From Batkoa obscura (taxonomy: Eukaryota), in NCBI GenBank assembly GCA_030770535.1, contig JASVEC010000002.1:1364001-1428000 (forward strand): 64,000 nt of DNA, given 5' to 3'. The notes under the pieces are model-generated. The model was not told where the DNA came from. It saw only the letters and a list, made by a program, of their open reading frames with translations, and ran no database searches. Positions 19,655 through 33,552 of this stretch are shown piece by piece (within the stretch, counting starts at the first letter, position 1; the number at the start of each line of letters is the position of its first letter). A program made the position numbers and the translations under genes.

Positions 19655-20218
19655 TTAATGATAAAATGTGTAACTGTTGGAAGAATGAAGCTTGGTAGGC
19701 TTAGGTAATAAATTAGACTCAAAAGAGTGTAAAGAAATAGAAATTCTACGTGCAGAATCTCTATCACCATGTGGCAAGTTGCCTTTTAACGATTGCCTTT
19801 TATTTTGGAACCAAATTTGTACTGCTCTTGGTGACATACCAAGCTGTTTACCAAGTTCACTTCTTAACTCGGTAGATGGGAAAGCTGTGGTTTCAAATAC
19901 ACGATTCAAAAAGCGAATCTGTACTGAATTAGCACGTTTTCTTTTTCCTTTGACAGGCATATGGTTTGGGTTATTGAAGTCTACATCTTGTTGATGGCAA
20001 GAGTCTCGACTATAACTATCAACACTTGATCTACGTTTATATGTATCATGATCATCGTGATGCTTAGAGAAATGGTTTGGAAATAAGTCAGAGATAGATG
20101 GTAAGCTTACTTGACAGTAAGAAAACTTACGCTCCCATTTTGATTTTGGAGAAGTAAGCTCAGGACTAGGAGTATTAAATAAGTTTAAGCTAGCAGAGTA
20201 AGAATCTAGTAAAGACAT
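19655..20218 (-). CDS. Homeodomain transcription factor
   Basis: KRKRANSVQIRFLNRVF...LGMSPRAVQIWFQNKRQ homeobox; first ATG at 20218. Confidence 0.93.
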   Translation of the reverse strand: MSLLDSYSASLNLFNTPSPELTSPKSKWERKFSYCQVSLPSISDLFPNHFSKHHDDHDTYKRRSSVDSYSRDSCHQQDVDFNNPNHMPVKGKRKRANSVQIRFLNRVFETTAFPSTELRSELGKQLGMSPRAVQIWFQNKRQSLKGNLPHGDRDSARRISISLHSFESNLLPKPTKLHSSNSYTFYH

Positions 20219-22302
20219 TTTTTTCAAAAGTTAATTGAAATTCGGATGGAAAGAGAGTGTTTATATATGATTCGATGGCTTATATGCTAATTTAAAATAA
20301 TGTGGCTATGATTCAAAGCTTGATCATATTTTAGGGGGTAGAATATAATAATGAAATAACACAAATAAGTAAATAAAAAATGGTGTTTTATTGAATTAAA
20401 GTATCTTAATTCCTCATGTTTAATTAATTTTAAAAGCAAAAAACGCTTGGTTATTTTAATAATATGATCTTAATGAGATCATTTTATTTAAATTATATTC
20501 TTTATTTTCATTTCAGACATAACATTACTATCACACTTTTATTTTAAACATTATTATTAAATAGTTATTTATCTATACAATTCTCGATACTTAAATGGGT
20601 TTTAATAATTATGAAATGCGATTAAATATAATTATATTATATTCCTAATATTTTATAATAAATCATCAAATTTTAATAGTTGGAATGAAAGCTATTCTAT
20701 TTATGCAATATAAAAAAATAACCTGTTTAATATTATAATAATCTAATCATTACTTTCACTAATATAATAATGATAATGAATTAACGTTTAAACTTCAGTT
20801 AAATAAACTTATAATGGAAACATTTTACTAACTACTTAAATCTACATTTCATTACTATTAATAGTAAATCCTTAGTTTTAATTTGGTATACAAATAAAGA
20901 AGGAGCCTTAATAGTTTATACTATTTTATTTATATAATTAAATACTGTCCTTAAACTACTTTTTATCTATAAGTAATCCTAAATCAATGGCATATTAAAA
21001 AGCGGATATATTTAGCACAGAGAATAATTAAGGAGCTGTGTAACCGAAATATACTTTCTATTATTTATATAAAATGTTAAATGTTAAAAATAAAGATGAA
21101 ATGCTAATTTAGAACCTTTCTTAACTGTATAGTAAGGTTATAAGCAATAATCAATTAATTTATAAAGATTCTAAACTCTCAATTGTAGACAGTTTTAACT
21201 TGCATTATAGTCTTTAATTTGTTTTACGTATAAACTTAGCAATTCAATATAGATCTATATATCCTTATTTTTAGTAAAACTAACATTATTATTTGAGTAC
21301 ATTTTTATAAAAATAAACTGAATCAAATAGCAACTTTAAAAATAAACTACTTTAATTTAATACCAAAAACCTCAGAACATACATCAGTGGAGGATCACTG
21401 CTTTTAAAAAATGTTTTTATAAAATCTTCCAGCATATAAATCTTATGAATAATCAAATTATCCTTTTACCTTATTGGATAAGACCTGATTTAATTTTTAA
21501 TAATTATGCTTCAACTGTTTTAATTCTACTTCAAACTCAACTTTCAACTAACCTTGTTTGTTATGAATTATTAAATAATTAATACCATTGATGACATAAA
21601 CATAGAAGAAGTAAGAACTTATTGTAATATTTGAGCTAAGCTTCAGTGAAGGGATAGAAACTACAAATAGGTTAACTATAAGTTCTAATAATGATAGCTT
21701 TATTACGCTCATTTCATCCCAAATTAAAAATCTGGATTTTTAGCTTGTTTTAAATGTGTGTGTTTAAAGTATATTAGTGTAACTTTTTTGAATTATTATT
21801 GGGCAAAAGCTAATGGAATCTGTTAGCAGTGACGTGGTCAAATTCAATTAACGCAGTATACTAATTTAGCATATAATTTAAATTAAACAGTCAAAATAAT
21901 ACAATTTTTTAATAATATATAAAAGCTATTTTAAAATTATTCATAATTATATTATGCTAAATAAAATTTAATTTAGAATTTTAATTTCTTTATTGTTTTA
22001 GTCTGATTTATATTTATTTACTGCTTTATAAAGCAGTATTTTTAATTATACTTATTATTTTTTTTGAAATGCTTAAAGTCTAAAATGTTTTGAATTAATA
22101 TATTGTTTTTATTCTAATATTTTAAAATAGAATAAACTTTTGAAACCAAACAACTATGTAAACAAGTTATAATAGTAACTTATTAGCTACAAAATTTAAA
22201 AACTATCACCTCAAATTCTTCTGAGTATATGCTTTTTAAAATTAAAATTATTTTTATTTATTTAACCAACTTTCTAACTTGAAGCACATAACTATAAGGC
22301 TA

Positions 22303-22402
22303 TATGGGAATGCGCTTTTTTAAGAATTTCACTAATGCATTTTCCACTCAAATAGCGCTTAAAAAGTGGAAAAAGTGGTGAAACCAAATAAACATCTTTA
22401 TA
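22303..22402 (+). mobile_element. MITE family A copy
   Basis: tatgggaatg...ttccactcaaatagcgcttaaaaagtggaaaaagtggtgaaacc. Confidence 0.72.
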
Positions 22403-22897
22403 TATTAATTTATGATAATTTGACAAATTTTAGATATGTAATATATATGCATGATTTTGTTATGTTTAAAATATATACTTGTTTATAAATTGTTTTAACT
22501 TGATAATAAAAGAGGCTAAACCTCTAAAAGTATTGTTTATAGAAATATATATTTGTTAGCTATAATGCTGTATTTTTTATAAACGCATTTATTATAAACC
22601 AAGTGGTTTATGTGGAACTTCAATCAACGCAATTATAGTACTGACACCACAATGCCTTTCAACTCTAATTACAGTTGAAGAACAGCAACCTTTAATATAA
22701 AAAATTATATATAGTATCAGTTAGATGTTTAATTCAAGGTTAGACGTAACTATCTTAATTCAATTTATTTTGACCTCAAGTCATTTCTATCAAATTATCC
22801 TTATCTTCCTGCCTTAATATCCCTTTTATATATAAACTTTAGCATTTTCCTTGAAAGCAAACAATGCTTAGCTAAGGTAAGGGGTAAAAAAATAGTA

Positions 22898-22999
22898 TAT
22901 GGGGATGTATTTTTATGTTTAAGAATTTACTAACAGTTTTTCGCCTAAATATTGCTTAAAAGGTAGAAAAAGTGATGAAGCCAAAAAAACATCCCCATA
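22898..22999 (+). mobile_element. MITE family A copy
   Basis: Perfect TATGGGGATGT...ACATCCCCATA ends. Confidence 0.8.
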
Positions 23000-23420
23000 T
23001 AATAAAAACATACCTTAATCTATCAAAATATTATAATCTCTAGTATCAATACCATAATAAAAAAAATAATCATGTAGGATTGTTTTATGAATTTTACTTA
23101 TAGTTAAAATAATTGACTTTAAATTATAGAAAACTATAATATATTATTAATGCATGGCATTTAATAATATATTAAGGAGGATATGTCATTATAATAGTTT
23201 TTATAATAGTATAAGTCGATTTTAAAATAACGAATTATAAACCAAAATTAATTTCTATACTATCCTTCTAACAAAAACATCATTTCAAACAAATATATTA
23301 TAATTATATAATTGTTTGATTATATATAGATAAGCCAGAATAGATGGTTTAGTATTTATTATAGTAGGAGCAGTTTTAAATACTAAATACTTGATAATTG
23401 ATTAATAAAAAAGATAATAT

Positions 23421-23520
23421 TTTGGGATGTATTTTTTTAAGAATTTTACTAACAATGTTTCTACGTAAATGGTATTTAAAAAAATGAAAAAAGTGATGAA
23501 GCCAAAAAAAACATCCCCAT
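23421..23520 (+). mobile_element. MITE family A copy
   Basis: tttgggatgt...gtgatgaagccaaaaaaaacatccccat. Confidence 0.75.
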
Positions 23521-23699
23521 TTAATGAACATGAACATCAAATAAACCAAAATACCAAACAGGATCAAAAAATAATATAAATAGAAAGTAATATAGCATTG
23601 TTTAACTATAAAGAAACGAATAAACAATAATAAATAGTACAAAGATAAAGTCGGTTTTGGTTTTAAGTTTTCTTTGCTCCTAAATTGTATCCGGGTTTA

Positions 23700-24543
23700 A
23701 AATAAATAGTTGTTTGAATGAATATGATTCGAAATTAAATAATATATAGGCTCCCTGTTTTTAATAAGGACTTGAGGATAATCTATGATGTTGAATTTGA
23801 TAATAACAAAGCGAAATTTGTTCAAATTAATAAAGGAGAAAGCAAAGATTTTGAGGCTAATTTTAAAGCTCGATATGCTAATGACTTTTGATAAAGACGA
23901 ACCCCTTACTTCAATGCTTTTCACTAAAGATAAGCTTTGTTTCTTAAGCAACGATAACTTTGGTGTTTGGATATTTGATAGGAAATATGAGTAAGTTTAT
24001 TAGTGAAGAATACTATGATTATAGTAAATATACAAACAATCTTATTTCATAAATCTTTCTTGAAGACAATAGTTTATTACTAGCCACCAAAAATGGGCTG
24101 GCATCTAAAAAAACATCCAATGGAGTAATGCTTGTAAAACAACTTGATAACTTTAGTTTTCTTTAAAATAAAGAAAGATGTGGATTCGATCGCAATATTG
24201 CTTACTGATTTTAGGAAGAAGGTCAATATCACGTCTTCAAGAATGTTATGCCAGAAGAACTCTATAGTGGTGATTGTTCTTCAAGCTCCAGCTATGTTAA
24301 TAAAACACCACAAAAAACAATATCATAACTTCAATGGTGTCTACTTATGATAATCAATTTGATTTAACCGAAAATAAAAACCAAAATTTTATTATTGATG
24401 CAGACAACAAGGTACAAACATTGGCAACTAGCTCTTCAAATATAAAGCAACTCTTCTTTAGTGATACATCAAAATCAAAAATTTGGGTACTTGATAGTAG
24501 TAAGAATTATAACAAGTCTCTGATTGATAAGATTACTTTATAA
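23700..24543 (+). pseudogene. Probable decayed coding sequence, family unknown
   Basis: Chain of short protein-like segments in alternating frames, broken by stops; GC above the flanks. Confidence 0.35.
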
Positions 24544-25732
24544 CAAACTCATCATTAATTTATTCGTTGATGTTTAAACTTTAGATGCTTTTGTTTATTT
24601 ATTTATTTTAGTGTTAGTATTTTTAAAAACTTAATAAAACATTAACTAAGATACAGTGAATAAATATATCTGTTGTAACAAATAAATAAAAAATAAGTTA
24701 ATAAAGTTTCTAGAATTATTTTGCATAAAAGTGGGCAGTTATTCTTCATAGCGTAAAACTGTACTACATTTAGTTAATTACCAACACAAGGAGTTAAAAT
24801 ATTAGTATTATAATATAAAAATATAGTAAATATGTAGTTTATAGTACCTTTGAAGGCATTTCAAACTGCTTTTATAGCTTCAAAATCATTTATTATTAGT
24901 AGGTGGTTGTATATTACATGAAAATTCAGCTATTTATTATATGATTTTGATAGCAAAAGCTTAATGGAGCTTAAGAAGTAAAAACTAGATAAAACTAAAA
25001 GCGTGAGTAATTTTTTCTTACAGAGTTATTTAGAGTTTACAATTGTACGTATAAGTTCCTTATATATTTTTGAAAATAAACTGTAATCTGATTTAATCAT
25101 GGCAAAATTGTAATTATAAAGACTAATAAATTGGTGTCAATATTTTAAAAAATACGTTAGCATAGATTCAATTTCCTATTAAAAGGCTATTCTGGATAAG
25201 GCTGAGTTGTAAAGAAAATAAAGTTCCATAAAATTATCCATAACTGATACAATTTTATTTGATAAAGTTCTCAAATTAAAAGTAACCTAAAGTGATCCAA
25301 GCATACCGTTACATCATCCAACAATATGGTTTATCAAATAAATAACGATATAAAATTAAAGATTCCACTCTTTAGTGCTTGAATGGAGAAAATTAATAGG
25401 TAAAATTAAGTGCTTTAAAACCCAGACTTACCCACCTTGTTTTATTTTTTAAAAATTCAAACTCAATTTGCACTTTTTTAAATTATATAACAATGTTTTA
25501 TCCCATCATAATACCTTGTTTATAATGTACGAGCTAGAAATTGTATTTTGGATGTGTTCTCACTATCTCTTATCTTTCAATCCTATTAATTCAAATGTCA
25601 CTTGACCTTTCTCTAACTTGATAAAAATAAGTCATAAATTATAACACACCCATATCAAAAGTTAAGCTTAACTGTTTTATCTTTTGAAAAGTATAAATAC
25701 AGTAAAGGCAGAAATCATGATATTTTTTTAAA

Positions 25733-26143
25733 ATGGAAAATAGTAAAAATAGCAGCTCAATCCCAATCCCAATATTAAATAAAACTACCTTTACCTTTCT
25801 TAATACTAACCCTATTAATGCTCATTCTACTAATAATAATAATATTCTAAACGATAAAGAAATGAGCCACAAATCATCCTCAAGCTCCTATTTAACTAGC
25901 TCATCATTTAGCTCGGAAAGCAGCGATCCTGTTAAAGAAAAACCAAAGTTGCCTTATCGTACGCAAAGCTTAAATCATAGTGAAACCAAAAGGATTGCTG
26001 AAAAGTGGGGATTTTCAACAGTAAGGAGACGCAGCCATACCATTTCAAACGACACAGATCTTACCAGCAATATTAATCAACTATTACAACGCTCAAAATC
26101 CCCAATGAGAGATATGATATTAAACGGTCAGTTTTTAGACTAA
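25733..26143 (+). CDS. Small Ser-rich, probably disordered hypothetical protein (136 aa)
   Basis: Clean ATG ORF, upstream TATAAATA (~25692), RRRSHT kinase-site-like motif, C-terminal SPMRDMILNGQFLD. Confidence 0.7.
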   Translation: MENSKNSSSIPIPILNKTTFTFLNTNPINAHSTNNNNILNDKEMSHKSSSSSYLTSSSFSSESSDPVKEKPKLPYRTQSLNHSETKRIAEKWGFSTVRRRSHTISNDTDLTSNINQLLQRSKSPMRDMILNGQFLD

Positions 26144-27027
26144 AAAAGACAAAAAGAAATACAACTCCTATGTTTAATAGTAAAATGTATAGTGTGTACA
26201 AGTATTTATTAACAAACATCTAAATTAACTTTTAAATAAATCATTTTTTATCTAGTAACTCTTTACTTCATTAATTTAATTTTATGATTAGTTGTTATGT
26301 TTATATAATATTATTTTATTTGTTAAAACCCATACAATGATGTATTTGATTACGATTTAGAAATATTTTTTCATTCATTATGATCAAAGTTTTCTGAATT
26401 CAATTTTTACTTTAAATAAATTGCATGTTGAAAATGATTGGCTAAGAAATGACATTGAAGAAATTGAATTGATTTAATATAAATACTGATAATGGCTGTA
26501 AATAAAATAACAATCTGACAAAATTAAATCACAATAATTTACTTTATTAGGTTTTATTATGATGTTGAGGCAGCCTTTTTTGTTTCTTGATTAGTTAGTT
26601 TTTAAATAGATGAATTTTAAAAAATGATATTGAAATTTTGTTTTGTTGTTAATATTGAAAGATAAATCTTTACTATTTGATTTAAACATTATATAAGATT
26701 GATTTCTATCAATAGATGCACCAGTATAGCTCATACTATTATTTTATCCTTAATTTGTTTAGACTTTGGTCTTTTATTACAAAAGTAGCATATCTCTGAT
26801 GAAGCCAATTTTAAATTCTATACTTCACATTTAGATTTAAAGTAACACAATGTCTGAATTGATATTAATAAAGCGAGAAGATTAAAAAATAAGAAAATCG
26901 AATAATGAATAATCGTTGTTTATTAAGTGTATTATAATGATATCGAAAAGGAGTTCATATCGATTTTAGAGTTAGTATTACTTTAACGCTTGAAATGCAA
27001 TCATAGCTAATTCTAAACAATTTTTTG

Positions 27028-29042
27028 TCATAAACGATGTTGAATTGGTAAAAACTCATCAGAGACAACTCTACCATCTTGTTTAACAATTACTTCAACT
27101 TCGTCTGCCTCATTATTATCATTATTATCAATTGAAGTAACTATATTATCGTTGTTATTAACATCTCCACTTAAAGATTCATTAGTATTTAAAGGCTCTT
27201 CAAATACTTCATTCGGCTCATATTCGATTTCACCACCCCCAGAGACATTTGTATGAGTAGAGGCTCCATTTAGCTCATTTGATTTTCTACCTTTGATAAC
27301 AATTTCTTGTCCAATTTGTATCTTTGGTAATTTTGATACCATATTATTGACAACGGTAGAGGTAGCAATGGAACGAGTACGTATATGCTTACCAATATAG
27401 AATAAAGGAATAGTAATACCATGGACAACAATTGAGCATATTACCAAAAATGATACAACTGGGAAAATATAAGGTATGACTTTGTATTCTTCTTCGTAGG
27501 TTTCAAGCTCTTCAATAGCAACAATAGCATAAAATATAGCACCTGCACCGATAGGACCAAACCAGCCAGCAAAAACGGCTTCACGCCATGTTCTTAATGC
27601 AGGAACTAACGGCTTAGACAAAAGAAGGGCGGGAATACGACGTAAGACTATAACAAGAATGCCTATCACAACTAAACGCCATGGTTCAATGCCAATCTGG
27701 GGCAATGAAAATTCAGCCCATGGAATGATAGTACCGAGGTAAATGAAAAATGAAAAGTTGAAGATTAAATCAATAACTTCTTGTAAATGGGATTCTCTTG
27801 TTTCTAAACGGAACCAATCATCCCAGGTAAATGCATTCCCTGCAATGAAGCAAGAAAATAAATCATCTGACCCAATTATTGCCATACTTCCCATAAGAAA
27901 TAATGCTAATGCAACCCAAAATGCAAGAAATGATTCTTTATCAATTAAGCCATTAGTTTCTGCATATTTCAATAATTTACGTGCAGCAAATCCAACTGTT
28001 GCACCAACTACTATTGATAATCCAATTTGATAACCCCAAATTAGGAGAAACCAGTTTCCAATTGCTAATCCAGTACTATCATAATGCATAAGGAAAATAG
28101 CTAAGAAAAGATAAGGGAACCCCAAGCCTAAAAAGTAATGTTATATTATACAAATATATGTTTTAGTCATCATTTTACCATCATTTGCTCCACTAAAATT
28201 ATTAGCTATGTTCATTACTTATATTAGTTAATTAATTAATTTACCTCTCAGCTGATAAAATGTCCCTAACGTGAATTGGCACATGCATTTCAGCAAATCT
28301 TCCTTTTACGATTGAGTTGGCCAAAACCTAATAGAATTATAGCTTAATATATAAATCATTATATAATCTTACTGGATCTGTAGGGGTAACACAAGCAGCG
28401 ATAATAAGAGATTCAAGCTAATAAAATAAGGAATAAAATATAGAATTGGTTTATAGAATTTGCTTACATAAGTTAAAGGTAAAAAAGCATATATAATTGC
28501 AGCTGATATCAACCACATGGCGAACATAACCGGTAGTAATAAAACCAATAATGATTTCATTTCTTCCCATAGATACTTCCTAACGAAAACTTAATATATA
28601 AGATCAATTTATTGAATAAATGTTTCACTAACTTCGGAAGATATACACCAGCAGCCATAACCTTGATGTTGTGGTTAGTACTGATTTAAAATAATTATAT
28701 TTATAATACCTGGATCGCAATTACAATTCTAGAGAATTCCAAAGTAACTGTTTGATGTTCTGGCCAAGATAACGGATCAAAGAAATTAAGTGCTTTTGGT
28801 CCAACTATAATCCCGAAAACAAAGGCAACCACTAAAGTAATTAACGCTATTAGTAAGATGCTTTCGAATTTTGTCTTTCATTTAACATTTCATATGAAAT
28901 TTCATTATCGAGATATATACTTACAAGCTTCAGATAAAAAAAGTTTTTCTTTAACGACTAAGGAGATCAAACCAAAGAAAAGAATGAACCCACCGATCAA
29001 AGCTGGTATAATGTGGTACGTTTCTAAGTGCAAAAAATACAT
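27028..29042 (-). CDS. NHA1: Plasma-membrane Na+(K+)/H+ antiporter, CPA1 fungal Nha1/Sod2 family, multi-exon
   Basis: Spliced reading gives KEKLFLSEA, TDPVLANSIVKGRFAE, ESGANDGLGFP, GSDDL, RRIP and GWFGPIG motifs; GT-AG introns. Confidence 0.92.
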
Positions 29043-30249
29043 TTAATTTATTAAAGTAAATAAGAAGCAAAATTAGGTCCTAAAAAAATTGAAATTTATA
29101 ATTATTCAATTCCATTTAATTGAACACAAAAATTAATTAACCTTAAGAAACCCAGAATGATCTCATTTGGAAATGATTTGTGGTTAGAGTTTGAGATTTT
29201 TAAATATGGGTTGTGGTTTGAGTTTATCCTCTAATAATTTTTATTAATGCCGAAAATATAGTTATTTAGAATTGCAAAGTATCTATATTCTATTTGATAT
29301 AGTAGCTGTTTTTCAATTTTAAAAGGGGCGGTGTATAAAAGTCCTCGTTTTGTTTACCTTGTGCTCTCCGGAAATAACGGTTTCTAAATAGCTACTATTC
29401 ATAATGATTTCAATTGCCATTTTTATTTTATATAAAATCGGAAAGCTGAATATCATTTGGTGATATTTATCAGCTTTTTAAACAACCATACATTTATAAC
29501 ATATTAAACTTTTATTCGAACCATAATTACTTATTTTTTCATATAAAATTGCATGCTTTGGTTTTTGATAATATAAATCGTATTTAATCTTCATATGGCT
29601 AAGCTCTATAATGTAAGAATTACTTGAGAATAAAAGGAATTAATAATTTGGAAAATTTGATATTAATTTTTTATATCACCTTAAAAGCTATAATAGCTAT
29701 AGGAATGCCAATATTCTGTATATAAAATAGAGGAAGAATTGACATCTTATTTTTACATACATCTAAAGCGTGCTGTTTTGATGAAATTCTAGATTATATA
29801 TTTTTAACGCCTTTGTTTAGCTTAGTTTAGCTTAAGTTATACACTAATCCCTGGAGTAAGAATATTCTAAAAACAATCAACACTAATATTAGAAATGATA
29901 TTGATTTTTTATTTGATATTAAAGTTCCATAAAAAAACGATTAAAAAGGAAGTTTTAAAATATAACATTATATTACACTATAAAATGGAATAGCCATCTT
30001 TGATATTTTATTTTCAACACTTGAACCATCATCTCTTTTAGAATTCATAAAAAAATTGGCTTATCTCTATTAACCCAGGTGCTATCAAATACCTGTTTTC
30101 GTAAATATCTTTGATAGGTTTTAATAAAATATAGGCATTAAAAGTTATCTCAGATTTGTAAGTTATTATTTATCCTATAATTACATATAGGCAGCACACT
30201 CCATTAAAAGTAGGCTTTTAACTCTTTTATTAATACTTCATAAATATTA

Positions 30250-30528
30250 TATGAGGATGTTTTTTTGGTTTCATCACTTTTTCCATTTTTAAGCACTATT
30301 TGAGCAGAGAAATTACTAGTAAAATTCTTAAAAAAAATACATCCTTATATTGTGAATCTAAATATACCAAATATCTTTTCAGGCATGATAATAGTTTAAT
30401 TACTATCAAGACTATAATATAACATATGTGGATGTATTTTTGTGTTTAAGAATTTTACTAACAAATTTTCCACTTAAATAGTACTTAAAAAACGGAAAAA
30501 GCAATGAAGTAAAAAAAACACTCCCATA
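30250..30528. mobile_element. Two MITE family A copies in opposite orientation (30250-30349 reverse, 30425-30528 forward)
   Basis: Both carry the shared core and TIR remnants. Confidence 0.77.
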
Positions 30529-32070
30529 TTGAAATTTTCAGCCTTACAATTTACATTTCTACTTTGGTAATACTCATATAATTTTATGTAAACTTATGGT
30601 TTTACAAAATATAATACCAATGTACTGCAAATTGAATATCGAATCATAACAATTTAGTATATTGACCAAGTATGTACAAAAAGTCAATGTAGAATCGTTA
30701 AAAGGAATAGTAGTAGGAATAGGCGTCCTTCTCTATCCTTCATATCTTAATAATCATGAACTCGTAATTAGACTGCACTTTGGAGATCAATTTACTGATT
30801 TTCAAGCAGTTATTATAAAATATAATTATCATTCTTAAAAGAGCTTCACTTTTTTTCAACTAGATAATATTAATTTAAGGAAACTAAATAGACACTATTA
30901 ACTTGGAGTTGAAATATTATGAGTAGATTAGCCTAAAAAAGAACAAAGATGTAGAAAGATACAACTTTGTATACCAAATAACTATTGTAGTTATTTAGAT
31001 TTAATTAAATAACATATTAAAGTAATCGTGATTTTGATTATAAAAGGTTTTGAGTTCAAACAATTTCAATAATAATATACATAATTATGTCATTTATGTT
31101 ATACTTCATATGATTTATTTTTATTATAATAATTATGCTCTCTTTTGTTTCATTTTTATATAAATATACCAACATTGATTTTTGACCTAAGTAGCCCTTT
31201 TGAAAATACTATATTTCTTGATAAAAACTATTGCTTTTTGTTAAATAATTTAGGATGACAAGTGTAGCATAGCAAAATTATTATTTTAGCTAAATGATAT
31301 ATATATAATGCATTATATATATAATTAGCAAACATCTATATATAGTCTACTTTAAAACAGAGTACAGAAAATTATATTAATTTGAAATCCGCTAAGTTAA
31401 ATTTCGAGGTGGATTATAGAAAATTTATTTAAACAGCCTTGGAATTGGTTAAGGCTAGTTTATTAAAAGTAGAAAAGAATAACAATTCAACAGAAATCAA
31501 AGACATTTACTTAGTTGCCATTTTATTACCATTGTTACTTAGATAATCATTAATATTAGTAAAAATGTTAATGTTTCATGCTTTCATATATATGCATAAA
31601 TAAATCTACTTTATTGAATTTTTATAATACACTTTGCCATGAAGTATGAAATAATTGATAAGTAAAATCTAAATTGAGTATGTAAAAAAAACCCTTTAAA
31701 GTCTCAATATTTCTTGGAGCTAAAGATAAATCCAATACGCTATATGAGCAATTGTGTCTTTGTCAATATTGTACTGTTCTTTTTTAACATCAAACATCAT
31801 AAAAAAGCCTATATACCTAGCTTCTCGAGTTGGCACCTTGGGTTAATCCAATTCTCAGAATGTTTCTTTTGTATATTATATTTCTATTTATTATGCTTAG
31901 AATTTGAACAAATTTTTAATAAATTAACGAAACATTCCTATACCCATCTCCCATTTTACAATAAAAATTAATTCCCTTATAAAATTATTTGATGTTTATA
32001 ATTGAAAATGAAATACATCCAAAATGATAAAAAAGCTTCAAATAATAATGTTTTTTTATTAAAAAATAAA

Positions 32071-33552
32071 TTAAGGATTACCACAGTAAATCGAGGTACC
32101 TGCTTGTACACATACAGAGGTGCCTGGGCAAGATAACTTGATCCATTTACTGAAAGCACATTGGTAATAAGTGGATCCTTTGGTTGCACCGCAAGTATAG
32201 GAACCATCTTGACAACTTCCAGTTGGCTCAGGACCTTGAGAAGTTGAAGTAACAGAAGTAGTAGAAGTAGTAATAATAGTGGTAGAAGTAGAACTAGAAC
32301 TAGAGGTGGTGGTAACCGAAGTAGTAGTGGAGGTAGTAGTGACAGGGGTGGTAGAAGAGGTGGAAGTGGTAGAAGTAGTGGTAGAAGTAGTGGTAGAAGT
32401 AGTAGAAGTAGTGGAAGGGCCACAAGAACCAGTATTATATACATTTTGTAAAGCAGAGATTAATTGATTTTGATAATCATTATCCATGGACCATAACATA
32501 GCACCTCTTAAGCCGTTACATCTTACATAATCAGTCTTTGCTTTTAAGGATTGAATGTCATCGTATGCAACAAATGTCTTTGTATTCTTGTTAAATAACC
32601 ATGGAGTTTGAGTGATTGGGTCATACTTTCTAATCCATCCGGTAGCATCATTGGCTTCAGTTGGGGACTTTAGGATTTTTTTAGTAATTAAATCATTGTA
32701 GGCATAGCTTGGTAAATTGGCATTAGTGATTTGTTGATATTGGTCAGTATTGGTCATATCAACACCAACACCCTCAGCATAACCATAGAAGGGTACACCG
32801 ACGACTAATTTATCATAAGTGAAACCAGCTTTACTCCAATCTCTTACAGCTTGTTTAACAGAGAACGGTGTACCCTTACCAGGTTGATAATCTAAACCAC
32901 CAACTGGTCCAGTTTGAGTTTCCCAAGGACCGTTTAAATCATAACACATCAAATTAAGCCAGTCGAATAAAGGCACAAAGTCCTTAACATCCTTTACTGG
33001 GCCATTTGGACCATCAAATGGTTGAATTCTTACAGCAGCGGTAATCAATTTGGTACCCAAAGCGGCACGTAAATCCTTTAGCAATAATAAATAATTGGCA
33101 GTATCTTGTGGAGAAACAATGTTTCCTTCTTCACCTTCTCTTCCTGGATATTCCCAATCTAAGTCGATACCATCCAAGTTGAATTTATTTACAAAAGCAA
33201 GTGTATTGGCTACAAATTGTTTTCTTTTAGCAGCATCGGCTACCATTGGTGAAAAGTACTTTGATCCAGTCCATCCACCAATGGAGATAGATACTTTGGT
33301 ACTAGTTTGATGAGCTTTGGTAACTAATTCCACTAAAGTACTTTCGGTTTCAATTTTTGGATTAAAACCATTATCAGTAAACAAGGCAAAAGCATAGTTA
33401 ATGTGAGTTACTTTGCTAAAATCAATAGCACTCACTGGGTAATTATCCAAAGTCCAATCGGAAAAGTACCCTACTACTACTTTGGCTGGGGATTGACTAA
33501 CAACGCTGGAGATGGCTACGGTGACCACTAAAAGGAAAGAAGAAAATTTCAT
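32071..33552 (-). CDS. Secreted GH18 chitinase with Thr/Ser linker and C-terminal Cys-rich chitin-binding-like module
   Basis: Signal peptide, SIGGW, LDGIDLDWEYP catalytic motif, LMCYD, GAMLWS, T/S-rich linker, C-terminal CQDG...CPGTSVC. Confidence 0.96.
   Translation of the reverse strand: MKFSSFLLVVTVAISSVVSQSPAKVVVGYFSDWTLDNYPVSAIDFSKVTHINYAFALFTDNGFNPKIETESTLVELVTKAHQTSTKVSISIGGWTGSKYFSPMVADAAKRKQFVANTLAFVNKFNLDGIDLDWEYPGREGEEGNIVSPQDTANYLLLLKDLRAALGTKLITAAVRIQPFDGPNGPVKDVKDFVPLFDWLNLMCYDLNGPWETQTGPVGGLDYQPGKGTPFSVKQAVRDWSKAGFTYDKLVVGVPFYGYAEGVGVDMTNTDQYQQITNANLPSYAYNDLITKKILKSPTEANDATGWIRKYDPITQTPWLFNKNTKTFVAYDDIQSLKAKTDYVRCNGLRGAMLWSMDNDYQNQLISALQNVYNTGSCGPSTTSTTSTTTSTTTSTTSTSSTTPVTTTSTTTSVTTTSSSSSTSTTIITTSTTSVTSTSQGPEPTGSCQDGSYTCGATKGSTYYQCAFSKWIKLSCPGTSVCVQAGTSIYCGNP

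Noticed and set aside
19655..20218. Homeobox gene as a mating-type locus
   Set aside because: Single typical homeodomain with no divergent HD1/HD2 partner or other MAT-linked genes nearby.
31977..32467. Leu/Pro-rich 155-aa ORF and Val/Glu-rich 62-aa ORF
   Set aside because: Alternate-frame and antisense readings of the chitinase Thr/Ser linker codons.
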